Assembly: GCF_036365525.1 (NCBI RefSeq)
Contig: NW_027142325.1
Span: 248,001 to 312,000, forward strand
Direction of reading: 5' to 3'
From: Heterodontus francisci
Taxonomy: Eukaryota
Length of the DNA stretch: 64,000 nucleotides
This document shows positions 51,601 to 62,875 of this stretch, piece by piece. The notes beneath the pieces are model-generated. The model did no database searches. It worked only from the letters and a program-made list of their open reading frames with translations, and had not been told where the DNA came from. Positions within the stretch are counted from its first letter, which is position 1; each line of letters starts with the position of its first letter. The translations under genes and the position numbers were made by a program.

Positions 51601-52272
51601 CTAAGAGCTAAACCCACCCCAAATTGTGGACTTGCACACTAAATAACAGCGACTCACAGAAAAATTTGAAAAGACAAACAAACAAACAACAGGTTAGTGG
51701 AGAGGCTGAGGTAAGAGAGGAGAGGCAAAGGCAGGCTGGAAGGGATGACTTGCTTTCTGGAGGTGGTGCTCACAGTACACTTAAAACAAACAGTCTTTGA
51801 AGTTGGTCTTCCGGTCCTCTGGTTGGGGGAGTCGTCTTCACCTGGGTCAGCTGAAGCTGCCCAGGCACTATCTATCCCCTTCCGTCTGTTTAGCTGGGCA
51901 GCTTCAGCTGACCCAGGCTTGGCAATTGGGGTGGGGAGGGAGCTTTCCTGTGTGCTTTTGCAGCAGCACAGATTCCTGCTGAATTGGCAGCCCCACCCCT
52001 TGTTGTTCCAGCCACTTGTTCCTCCCCCAACAGTCCAAAGTAAATTACTGGTGTTCAGCACCCACCTCCAGACAAAGCCTTGTTTCCAAAAAATGTCCCT
52101 TTCTTCTCTTTAATGGAGACTGTTGTTGGAGTTTTCCTCTGCTTGTTGGTAGCTGCTCTCCCTTGCTCAGTGCAGCTCCTCTCTCCACCTCTGCAACCTC
52201 CAACTGCCACCAGCACTCTCAGCTGCACCTCGTTGAGGCTCTCAACACTCAGGATCCCAAATCAGAGAGCAG
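45656..52272 (-). mobile_element. Tx1-clade LINE copy 2: full length, few frameshifts/stops
   Basis: ORF1 ~51596-49552; ORF2 49519-45783: MKITIASLNING..LQETH..GGDFN..RID..SDH, LDQEKAFDRVDH, GVRQGCPMSG, YADD, CCHC finger; poly(A) at 45656-45680. Confidence 0.95.
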
Positions 52273-52405
52273 CCAATCCCAGTGCTGTCCCTGTCCTGGA
52301 AGTGTTTGATGGGACAGTGTAGTGGGGGCTCTACTCTGTATCTAATGCGTGCTGTACCTGTGATGGGAGTGCTTAATGGGATAGAGTAGAGGAGATTTAT
52401 TCTAT
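52273..52405. repeat. Continuation of the same ~67-bp repeat beyond the Tx1 5' end
   Basis: gtgctgtccctgtcctggaagtgtttgatgggacagtgtag..actctgtatcta..gtgctgtacctg. Confidence 0.8.
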
Positions 52406-52730
52406 TTTTTGATGAGGTAAGAGAGACAGTTGATGAGGTTTGTGCGATTGATGCGGTGCACGTGGATTTCCAAAAGGCATTTGCTAAAGTGCCGCATAAC
52501 AAGCTTGTCAGCAATGTCAGAACCTACGGAATAAAAGGGACAGGAGCAGCATGGATACAAAATTGGCGGAGTGAGAGGAAACAGAGAGTAGTGATGAACG
52601 GTTGTTTTTTCAGACTGGAGGAAGACATTCTCAAGGGGTCAGTGTTGGAACCCCATCTTTTCCTGATATATATTAATGACATCGATGTGGGGGCACAATT
52701 TCAATATTTGTGGATGACACAAAACTTGCA
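52406..52730 (+). mobile_element. CR1 RT fragment
   Basis: VDFQKAFAKVPH..KQRVV..YIND. Confidence 0.75.
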
Positions 52731-53450
52731 ATTTCTGTGCTGCAGTAATTAGAAGATGTAGTCAGCAGGGCAGCTGCTTAACTGGAACATTCTCACAGCT
52801 GTTAAGCTGGAAAAACCCTTCTCTGGCTGTTCTGCCCCTCTCACTCTCTCACCCCTTTTAAGGTAGAAACTTGTCAGGTTGGGGTGTCAGTCAGGTGACT
52901 AAGGCCTCTCTCCTCTGGGATGATTCATACTATGTTCCAGGATATGGGAAGCGTTGTTCTATGAAGGTATATAAATGTTGTCTATTCTGATGAAAAGATG
53001 TGACTTCATACCTATGGCTGCAGAGTCAGTCTGTCTACAATAATCTTTGTTACCTCCATTCCTGAAGATTGGAGGGGGTGCATGGAATGGGGTGTTTTTC
53101 AATTCAAATTCCCTAACGTTAATTCAGATGTGGATAATGGGTTTCATCTTGAACAGACAGAAATGTTTATTGACAGCGCAGGAGGGGGTCACCTGACTTC
53201 TTCAATTTTGTCTGTGGCATAAATGTGCCCATTTGTAGTTCAGATCAGCAGTTTGCTTTTATGTCATAATTCCTCCCGTTCATTTCATATTTCATCACCG
53301 TTCCCTTTGTGAGCAACACTAATGTATTCTGTGTAATTTACCATCATCTTTGCACTGGAAATGAAGAAACACTTTGATCAACTTCTGTATTTTGGAGTTA
53401 AGAGACACGAAGCAGCGAGTGAGAAGGACGAAACACCGGAGAGTTTGGTG

Positions 53451-53511
53451 ATGAGGTTTCTCTACGTTTGGCTTTCTGCAGTCCTGCTCTCGGTCTCGGT
53501 GCGGGGTTACA
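53451..53511 (+). CDS. Candidate signal-peptide (leader) exon of a downstream gene
   Basis: gtgATG context; MRFLYVWLSAVLLSVSVRGY has n/h/c signal-peptide structure; A|gtaggt phase-1 donor; lies in a non-repetitive island. Confidence 0.45.
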
Positions 53512-54092
53512 GTAGGTGCTTTCCAACAACTGTTCAAATTCATTTTGTTAGCCAATTGCCATTTTTATCATTTCACTACAGGGTCGCGATTGGGAGAAAG
53601 TCCAGGGGAGCGACAGTCAGAGTCAGAGAAACGGGGAGGGGTGGAGTGAGTATCAAGTTTCCAGCTGGACACAGGGATATCATAATTAACCACTGTATGG
53701 CTCAGGGAATTAGGTGTTTTTAGAAATGATAAATGATGCCAAGGAGAAACTGCAGAAAAGACTTCCTAGAATGGGGCAAAGGATGAGGAATCAGTTAAGT
53801 GGAGTGTTACAGACAGGTGGTAAGTGGTGTGGTGGCTTCCACTTTTCACCTCTCAACTAACCGCAGTCATGTTTTGTTAAAAATGGTGCCTTAGTCCCTG
53901 AGGTTTTATTGCAGGTTAAAAATGAAGATAACGTAAAAGTTATCTCTCTGGAGAGAGAGGGGCAGAGCAGCCTGAGAAAGTCTTTTTCAGCAGAACAGCT
54001 GTGAGAATCCTTGGAATACTATACAAAACTTCACTACTCCTGTAATCAAATCCTCTTGCAATAAAGGCTAACCTACCATTAGCCTTCTTAAT

Positions 54093-55855
54093 AAAAGCAA
54101 AATACTGCGGATGCTGGAAATCTGAAATAAAAACTAGAAATGCTGGAAATATTCAGCAGGTCTGGCAGCATCTGTGGAAAGAGAAGCAGAATTAAGGTTT
54201 CAGGTCAGTGACCCTTCATCAGAACTGGCAGATATTAGAAATGTAAACCGTTACAAGCAAGTAAAGCGGGGGTGGGGCAAGAGACAACAAAGGAGAAGGT
54301 GTAGATAGGACAAGGTCACCAAATAGCTGACCAAAAGGTCACGGAGCAAAGATTTGTTAATGGTGCATTGAAAGACAAAGCTTTAGTACAGAAAGGGTGT
54401 TAACGGACTGAAAATTGAACAGCCACAAGTACAAACATGAAAAAAAAAGTGGGTATGCAAACTGAGAAAACTAAGATGAAATAAAATAAAATAAACACAA
54501 AAGAATATATATTAAAAAAAATAAAAAATAAAAAAATAACTAAAAATAAAAGTAAAATGGAGGGCCCGTCATGCTCTGAAATTATTGAACTCAATGTTCA
54601 GTCCGGCAGCCTGTAGTGTGCCTATTCGGTAGATGAGATGCTGTTCCTCGAGCTTGCGTTGATGTTCACTGGAACACTGCAGCAATCCCAGGACAGAGAT
54701 GCGAGCATGAAAGCAGGGGTATGTGTTGAAATGGCAAGCAACCAGAAGCTTGGGGTCCTGCTTGTAGACTGAGCGGAGGTGTTCTGCAAAGCGGTCACCC
54801 AGTCTGCATTTGGTCTCCACAATGTAGAGGAGACCACATTGTGAGCAGCGAATACAGTATACTACGTTGAAAGAAGTACAAGTAAATCGCTGCTTCAACT
54901 GAAAGGAGAGTTTGGGGCGTGGGATAGTGAGGAGAGAGGAGGTAAATGGGCAGGTATTACACCTCCTGCGATTGCAGGGGAAGGTGCCGTGGAAAGAGGA
55001 TGAGGGGGTGAGGGTAATGGAGGAGTGGACCAGGGTGTCACGGAGGGAACGATCCCTTCGGAATGCTGATGGGGAAGGGAGGGGAAATGCGGTTGGTAGT
55101 GGCATCACGCTGAAAGTGGCGGAAATGGGGGAGGGTGATCCTTTGGATATGGAGGCTGATGGGGTGGAAAGTGAAGACAAGGGGAACCCTGTCACGGTTC
55201 TGGGAGGGAGGGGAAGGGGTGAGGGTAGAGGTGCAGGAAATGGGCCGGACACGGTTGAGGGCCCTGTTAACCACAGTGGGGGGGATTCCTCGGTTGAGGA
55301 AAAAGGTCATATCAGTAGCACCGTCATGGAAGGTAGCATCATTAGAGCAGATGCGTCGGAGACGGAGAAACTGGGAGAATAGAATGGAGTCTTTACAGGA
55401 GGCAGGGTGTGAAGAAGTGTAGTCGAGGTAGCTGTGGGAGCTGTGGGAGCCCAGCCTCCACAAGAAGCCAAGTTTGCAGTCCAATAATGTTTTAGAAATA
55501 GTTTGTGTGTCACTTCAAAATAGTCTGGAGAAAATGTCATTAAATGGAGAGTTTTAAGCATGGGTTTATAATGGATATTAGTAGACAGCCTATCCCCAGT
55601 GATGGAGACAGAGAAGTCGAGGAAGGGAAGGGAAGTGTTGGAGATGGACCATGTAAAGGTGAGAGAAGGGTGGAAATTAGAAGCAAAGTTGATAAAGTTT
55701 TCCAGTTCGGGGCGGGAGCAGGAAACGGCACCGATACAGTCATCAATGTACTGGAAAAAGATTTGGGGAAGGAGGCCTAAATAGGACTGGAAGAAGGAAT
55801 ATTCGACATATCCCATAAAAAGACAGGCATAACTAGGACCCATGCGGGTACCCAT
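54093..55855 (-). mobile_element. Penelope-like element (RT C-half + GIY-YIG endonuclease + pLTR), 5' truncated
   Basis: MGTRMGPSYA..YIDD..FLD..HYKP; CNRRRCNTC..VVYCIRCSQCGLLYIVET..RFAEH..GLN. Confidence 0.93.
54190..54228 (-). ncRNA. Degenerate minimal hammerhead ribozyme in a Penelope pLTR
   Basis: ccagtt-CTGATGA-agggtcactgacct-GAAA-ccttaatt: intact core, helix III mutated. Confidence 0.6.
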
Positions 55856-56039
55856 AATGGTGCCCTGCTGACGACATCTTCCAACAACTTCAGAAGAGAA
55901 ATTTCAAGGTGATTTTGGGATTCCCCATCAGTGAAACTAAACCAGGAATTTCCCAATTGACTTTGGATAGAGGCTTAACCAAAAGGAGCCTGCAACACTT
56001 CATCCTGTTGTTTTAAAACAGTTCCTGAAATGGTTGCAA

Positions 56040-59000
56040 CCTTTAAACCTTTAACCGGTAAAACCCACACATTCCCAGGAAATGCATTATTTCCCTCTGA
56101 GTTTTGGGAATGGGGAAATCTACCAGGCCTTGCACTTTTCCTGCCCTTGACAACACCTGACCTTGGCCTAGAATGTGACCTAAATAGCTTACTTTAGCCT
56201 TAGTGAACTTGCTCCTTGCTAAATTGGCCTCCAGGTGAGCTGTCAGTAAACCCTTCAAGAGTTCCCTTAAATGGTTCAGGTAGTCTTCCCAAGTATCACT
56301 GTAAACTAATAGGTCATCCAATTAGATGACACAGTTGTTTAAACCAGCTACCGCCTGGTTCATGAGTCTTTGGAAAGTTGCTGGGGTGTTCTTTGTATAA
56401 GGCATCTTTGTACATTGGTATAAGGCATCGGGGTGAGAAATTCTGAAATTTCTCTTGCTTGGGTGGTCCTGGGGACTTGCCAATATCCTTTCAATAAGTC
56501 AATTTTACTAATGTAGGTGAAGCTTCCTACTCAGTTAATGCAGTCCTCAATACGGGGGATTGGATAGGAATCTGTTCTTGTTACTGATTGACTTTGCTGT
56601 AGTCATTGCAAAGTCTGGTTGATCCATCTGGTTTGGTTGCCAATACAATAGGGGAGCTCCAGCTGCTTTGGCTGAGTTCAATTAAATCCAGCATTTATTT
56701 GATTTCTGTGATGACCTGAGCCAGTTTGTCAGGGGTCAGTCTGCATGGGTTCTGTTTTATTGGTGGTGTCTCTCCTCCATCTACATCGTGTATTGTTAAA
56801 GATGTGCAACCCGGTTTGTCCCTGCAAATTTCCTCGAACTCCCTTAGCAGTGTTGCTAGGTCCTGTCTCTGCTGGTCAGAGAGATAGTTGAATATGGTGC
56901 CTAGTCTGCTTAATATTTCTGTATTTTCCAATTTTATTGTGGGGGCTTCGATTTGAGAATTTTCTGGATTTTCTTCCTCACCTAGTTTGTCTTCACTAGT
57001 GCTGTCTTTCTCTATTGCTCTTACTGTTTGGCATACACTTACTGGCCTATCTGGTTCCTGGCTGTGGTATTATTTTAGCATATTGACGTAGCAGAGTCTT
57101 TTCTTTTTTCTCTGGTCTGGGGTATTAATTAAGTAATTCATGTCACTGACCTTGTTCCTAGACTGTATGGGCCACTGAATCTGGATTTTAGAGGTTCGCC
57201 TTGCAATGGTAACAGTACCAGAAGCTGATCCCCTGGTTTAAATTCACGGGCTGCGTTTTTTTTTTGCCTGCCTGCCTTTTCATGGTCTGAGATTCTTTCA
57301 GGTGTTATTTTCTTACAGCACCGACTTTAAAAAGTCTCTCTCGAAAAGTGGACACGAAATGTAGTAGTGAGGTTTCCTCCCTATGATTCAGGAATTTTTC
57401 TTGAACCAGTTTCAGCGGGCCTCAAAACCCAATTCAAATGGGCTGAAGTCTGTGGATTCATTTGGTGGATCTTTGGTAACAATCGGCAAAAAGAAAATTT
57501 CTTTATCCCAGTCATGGGGGCAATCACAGCACAATGCCCTGATCATGGTTTTCAGGGATTGATAGTATCGTTCCAGAACCCCTGGAGACTGTGGGCGGTA
57601 TGCTGAAGATTTCAACTGTTCGATACCAAGGTTGTGCACTTGGAATGTTGGGGAAATTAGTTCCTTGGCTGGACTGAATTTCTTTGGGCAAGCTGTATCA
57701 TGTGAAAAATGGTGTCAGACCCTCAACTCGAGCTCTGGAAGTAATTTTTCTTAAGGGTATGTCTTCTGGGTGGCCATATCCATGATGCTTTGAAGGTATT
57801 GGTAACCTGTCCAAGTTTTAGTCAGTGGTCCCACACATTCAACCAGAAGTCTGCTGAAGGGTTCCTCAAAAGCAGGGGTAGGGATTATTAGAGTAGGTTT
57901 GATTGTGGGTTTGGTTTCCCAGCAAGTATGGCAGGTCTTGCAAAATTTAACCACCTCCTTGTGGATTTGAGGCCAGTAAAAATGTTGGGTCTTTCTGATA
58001 GCCACGTGCCCAGTGTTATGACTGAAGCGGGAGGAGTGCACTGTTAATTCAGTCCCACTTCTCCATAGGTCACAACATATATGTAAATTTTCCCACTTAC
58101 CGAAGCCATCAATCAGATACTCGATGTTTCCCCTAGAATAAAGCACACCAACCAGGTTTCTTTAATAAACAACTAAATTATCTTTTTATTCTAAACCAAG
58201 TCTTAATCAATAATGAAGTAAAATGTACGCACAAATGGAAATATTAAAGCCCCTTATTTCATCCTAGCCCTCACGCACACACATACATACACAACTGGTT
58301 AACCGGCAAAAAAAAGGATTTTTGTTTACAGCTGTTACAAAGAAATAAGAGGAATAAAAAAAAACTTTGACTGAAAAGAAGGTATGGATGTCCTTTGTTT
58401 TGGCGAGGTGTCCCAAAGGGGAATAGGCAGCTGTCAATGGAATCTTCCTGGAACAGTTTTTTCCAGGTGATATTCATGATTAGTCTGGGTAGGCATTCAA
58501 AGAGATGCAGCTACAGAAGGCTTCACATAGGTCTTGCATCAGGTGTGCAGCAACAAAGGTTTCAATTCTCACACGTTTGATGCAAAGTTCCTTTAAAGAT
58601 GCAAGGTTTCTGCAAACATGCCGGATTTCTTCAAATACAGGAGGCAACACTTGACACAGGGTTTGCTTTTCAAGAGAAAGATGGGCTGCTTGATCTTCTG
58701 CTCTCCTGGCAGGTCAATAAGCAAACTCCAACTGACTGTTTTTAACAGATCAAAATGAAACTAAAACCTTTTCACAAACAAGCCTTGTGACAACCATAAA
58801 TATTGAATTGTCATTTCCTTGTAAATAGCTCTTCAGGTCAAAACACAAGCCCTGCTATGTTTACTTGAAATCACATGTTTTCCAGTACTTGTTTACTCGC
58901 TGAAACCAAGAACCTTCTTTTGATCTTCCTTTTTTTTAAAACAACCACAAAGTTCAGCCTCTTCAGGATTCCAGATGAATCAGTGTCCACAATCCAACTA

Positions 59001-59360
59001 TAATTTCTTAAAATATATTGTACAAAGAAAAATAGAAGCACTCACGTAACACCAGCCATAGCGATTTCATGGACAATCCTCAGAATCTCCCTACAATGTT
59101 TAGGCGGAGTACAATTTGGTGAACCACTGTCAACCCCTCCTCTGTAGGTCACTGCGGAGGTCTCCATTTTCTTATTATTAATCCATTTTTGAAGTAATAA
59201 CATTCAGGCATCTTCTCAGCCTCTGCATCAGAACAGGCTGTCTGCTCTATTCTTTTTTAACTCAGGGTCTGCCTGCTGGGCTTTAATTGAAGATTTACTG
59301 TATACTTCCTTCTCTTTCCCCAAGTCTCCAAAAATTTTCAGCCAGTCAGGCCTCAGGCCT
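56040..59360 (-). mobile_element. Degraded Gmr1-like pol with integrase upstream of RT
   Basis: Reading the minus strand: H..GHVAIRKT..FYWP..CKTCHTC, IMDMAT, SAYRPQS.G.LERY (integrase), then PIKQNP and DDLLVYS..YLGH..FLGMCGFY (RT). Confidence 0.85.
58014..59051 (-). mobile_element. Solo LTR inserted in the integrase zinc finger
   Basis: TGTTA..TAACA termini, 4-bp TSD CCAG; reverse-complement homolog of 19284-20303. Confidence 0.9.
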
Positions 59361-59419
59361 GACTTTGTGGTTCAGCTTGCTCTGTTGGATCTTTTTTAGC
59401 CATGTACCTAGTTCCCATA

Positions 59420-62400
59420 CAGTCAGGGAATATTCCATAGATTGGAGTAAGGGGCGCACGGAAAGAAGACTTTGCCGCGTGAGACGTAGTCAGAGTGTGA
59501 AGCTGGGAATTTGACTCGTGGGAATTCGGTGCAGAGGGGAAAAGAGGTGCTTCTTTTTCACCCTCCAGTAGCTGTCGAAGAAGCAAGTTGCTTCCCAGAA
59601 ATAGAGGGGAACCTTGAGATAGCAGCGAGGGTTTGAAAAGTTACGATGGTGAGTCTGTGGGTTCAGAGCTTTCCAAAGAAAATTGGTGTATGACATTACA
59701 GCAAAGAAGGAAAGTGATTGGTTGGTGAACATTTTCTTTTTTTTTCTTATATGAACTAAGGAATTTTAATTGGGTTTAGTCTAACATTATCTTCTGAGAC
59801 TCAGGTAATTTATTAGTGAGGTTTCATTAGTAGTAAGCTTTACTGGCAGTAGTAAAGCTTATCAGTAGTGGTGGGGCTTAGTAGTAGTGGGGTTTATTAA
59901 TTCTAAACTAAGAAAAATAAATTACTTAACACATAATAAAGCTGGCAGGGCAAGTGATGTTCCGGCTGCAGTATGTGGGAACTGGTGGACGCTGGCGTGA
60001 TCCACGGTAAACGTGTCTTCAGTAAGTATATGCAGTGTGAGGAGTTTCGGCTCAGAGTCAATGAGCTGGAGGCCGAAGGCCGTCACACACCGCTGAGGAT
60101 AGCGTCTTCTGATGTCAGTGGTCAGGGACAGGAGGGACTGTGAGTGAGGCAAGTAAGGGGATCGAGAAGGCAGAAGTGGAGGAGCCTCAGCCCTTGCAAT
60201 TGTCCAACAGGTTTGAGGTTCTTTCAGCTTGTATGGATGAAAGCGAGGACTGCAGATGAGCAAACTGACTATGGCACCATGGTACAGAAAGAAATTCAAG
60301 TGGAGGGAGTAAGGAGAAATGTGGCGGGAGTAGGAGATAGTGTAGTAAGGGGGATAGACAAAGTTCTCAGCGGCCAAGAGCGAGAGTCCAGAAGGCTGTG
60401 TTGCCTGCCCGGTGCCAGGGTTCGGGACATCTGCTCGGGTCTGAAGAGAAACTTGCAGTGGGAGGGGGAGGATCCAGTTGTCGTAGTCCATGGGTAACAA
60501 CGACATAGATAGGACTATGAAAGAGGTTCTACCTAAGGAGTATGAGCAGCTGGGGGCTAAATTATAAAGTAGACCCTCAAAGGCAATAATCTCTGGATCA
60601 TTAACTGAGCTATGAGCAAATTGTTAGAGGGTAAATTAGATTAGAGGGTTAAATGTATGATTCAGAGTCCGGTGTGGTAGATATTCGTTTTGATTCATTG
60701 GGCACTGGCACCAGTACTGGGGAAAGTGAGAGCTCTTATCATTGGGACGTTCTTCACCTGAACCATGCTGGGACCAGTTTTGTGGCGAGTCGTATAACTA
60801 GGGTGGTAGAGAGGATTTTAAACTAAATAGTGGGGGTGATGGGATCAACTGAGAGAAGATTAGATAATTTAAAGAGAGAGGAGAAGGCAAGAGAGCAAGT
60901 TAGTAATAAAGGAATTGATCATCTAAGTGTGGCAGAAAGGGACAGAGCGTAAGAGTGCACCAACAGATAAGGCCAGAGGTTGTGAATATAATAAAAAGAC
61001 AGAACTAAAGGCACTCTATCTGAATGCACACAGCATTCACAACAAAGTAGATGAATTGACAGCACAAATAGAAGTAAATAGATATGATCTGATTGCCATT
61101 ATGGAGACATGGCTGCAGGGTGATCAAGGCTGGGAATTGAATGTTCAAGGGTATTAGACACTTCAGAAGGATAGGCAAAAAGGAAAAGGAGGTGGGGTAG
61201 CACTGTTAATAAAGGATGAGATCAGTACGTTAATGAGAGAGGATCTTAGAGTGAAAGATCAAGATGTAGAATCAGTTTGGTGAGAGCTAACTAACAGAAG
61301 GGACAGCAAACATTGGTAGGAGCATATAATAAGAGTAATGCAGTAATCATGGGGAATTTATTCTACATACTGTTGGGGTAAACCTAATTAGCATTAATGT
61401 TATGAAGGACAAAATCCTGGAATGTATATGAGATGGTTTTTTAGAACAGTATGTTGAGGAACGAACTAGAAGACGGGCTATTTTGGATCTCAATGTGCAA
61501 TGAGAAAGCGTTGATTAATAATCTCATTATAAATGAATTCTAGGAAAGAGTGACCATAATATCGTAGAATTTTACTTTAAGTTTGAAAGTGATGTCGTTC
61601 AACTGAAATTAGGGTTAAATCTAAACAAAGGAAACTACAAAGGTATGAGGGGCATGTTGGTTGGGAAGATACATTAAAAGGTATGATGGTAGACAGACAA
61701 TGGGCAGCATTTAAAGAATTAATACATGGTTTACAACAAATTTACATTCCTTTGAGACAAAAAAAGCCCAACAGGAAAGGTGATCCAACAATGCATAAAT
61801 AGAGGAGTTAAATATTATGTTAGATCAAAGGAAGAGGCTTACAAAGTTGCCAAAAAAGTAGTAAGCCTGAGGATTGGGAGCAGTTTAGAATTCAGCAATG
61901 GAGGAGCAAGAAACTGATAAAGAAGTAGAAAATAAAATATGAAAGTAAACTAGTGAGAAATATAAAAACGGACTGTAAAAGCTTCTATAGGTATGTAAAA
62001 AGGAAAAGATTAGCAAAGACAAACGTGGGCCCATTACAGGCAAAGATAGGGGAATTTATAATGGGGAATAGGAAATGGCAGAGAAACTAAACAAATACTT
62101 TGTGTCTGTCTTAACAGAGAAAGATACAAAAAAATTGCCAAAAAACTAAAGAACCAAGGGACGAGCAGGAATGAGGTACTGAACAAAATTAGTATTAGTT
62201 AAAAAAAAGTAGTACCGAATAAATTAATGGGAGTGAAAATTTATAAATCCCCTAGACTTGATGATCTATATCCCAAAGTGTTGAAAGAGGTGGTTGTAGA
62301 GATAATGCGTGGTGATCATCTTCCAAAATTCTATAGATTTTCGAATGGTTTCTGGAGATTGAAAGGTAGCAAATGTAACCCCACTATTTAAGAAAGGAGG

Positions 62401-62875
62401 GAGAGAAAACTGGGGAACTACAGACCTGTAAGTCTGACATCAGTAGTAGGGGAAATGCTAAAATCTACTTTAAAGGATGTTACAACTGGACACTTAGAAA
62501 ATGATGGTAGGATTGAGCAGAGTCAACATGGATTTATGAAAGGGAAATCATGTTTGACAAACCTGTTAGAGTTTTTTGAGGATATAACTTGCAGAATAGA
62601 TAAGGGGAAACCAGTGGATGTGATATATTTGGATTTTCAGAAGGCATTCAATAAGGTCCCACATAGGAGATTCGTAAGCAAAATTAGAACACATGGGATT
62701 AGGGGTAATATACTGGCATAGATTGAAAATTGATTAATGGACAGAAAATGGAGAGTAGGAATAAACAGGCCATGACTAGCTGGGTACTGCAAGAATCATC
62801 ACAATATATATCAATGATTTGGACATGGGCACCAAATATAATATTTTCAAGTTTGCTGATGGCACAAAACTAGTT
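59420..62875 (+). mobile_element. Degraded CR1 LINE (5' UTR, ORF1, ORF2 as far as RT), cut by an LTR element
   Basis: VGDSVVRG..CLPGARV..GEDPVVVVH; ALYLNAHSI; LDFQKAFNKVPH. Confidence 0.88.

Noticed and set aside
53805-54018. 3' LTR of the minus-strand Gmr1-like element
   Set aside because: Begins with TGTTACA, but no matching second LTR or TSD is visible in the window.
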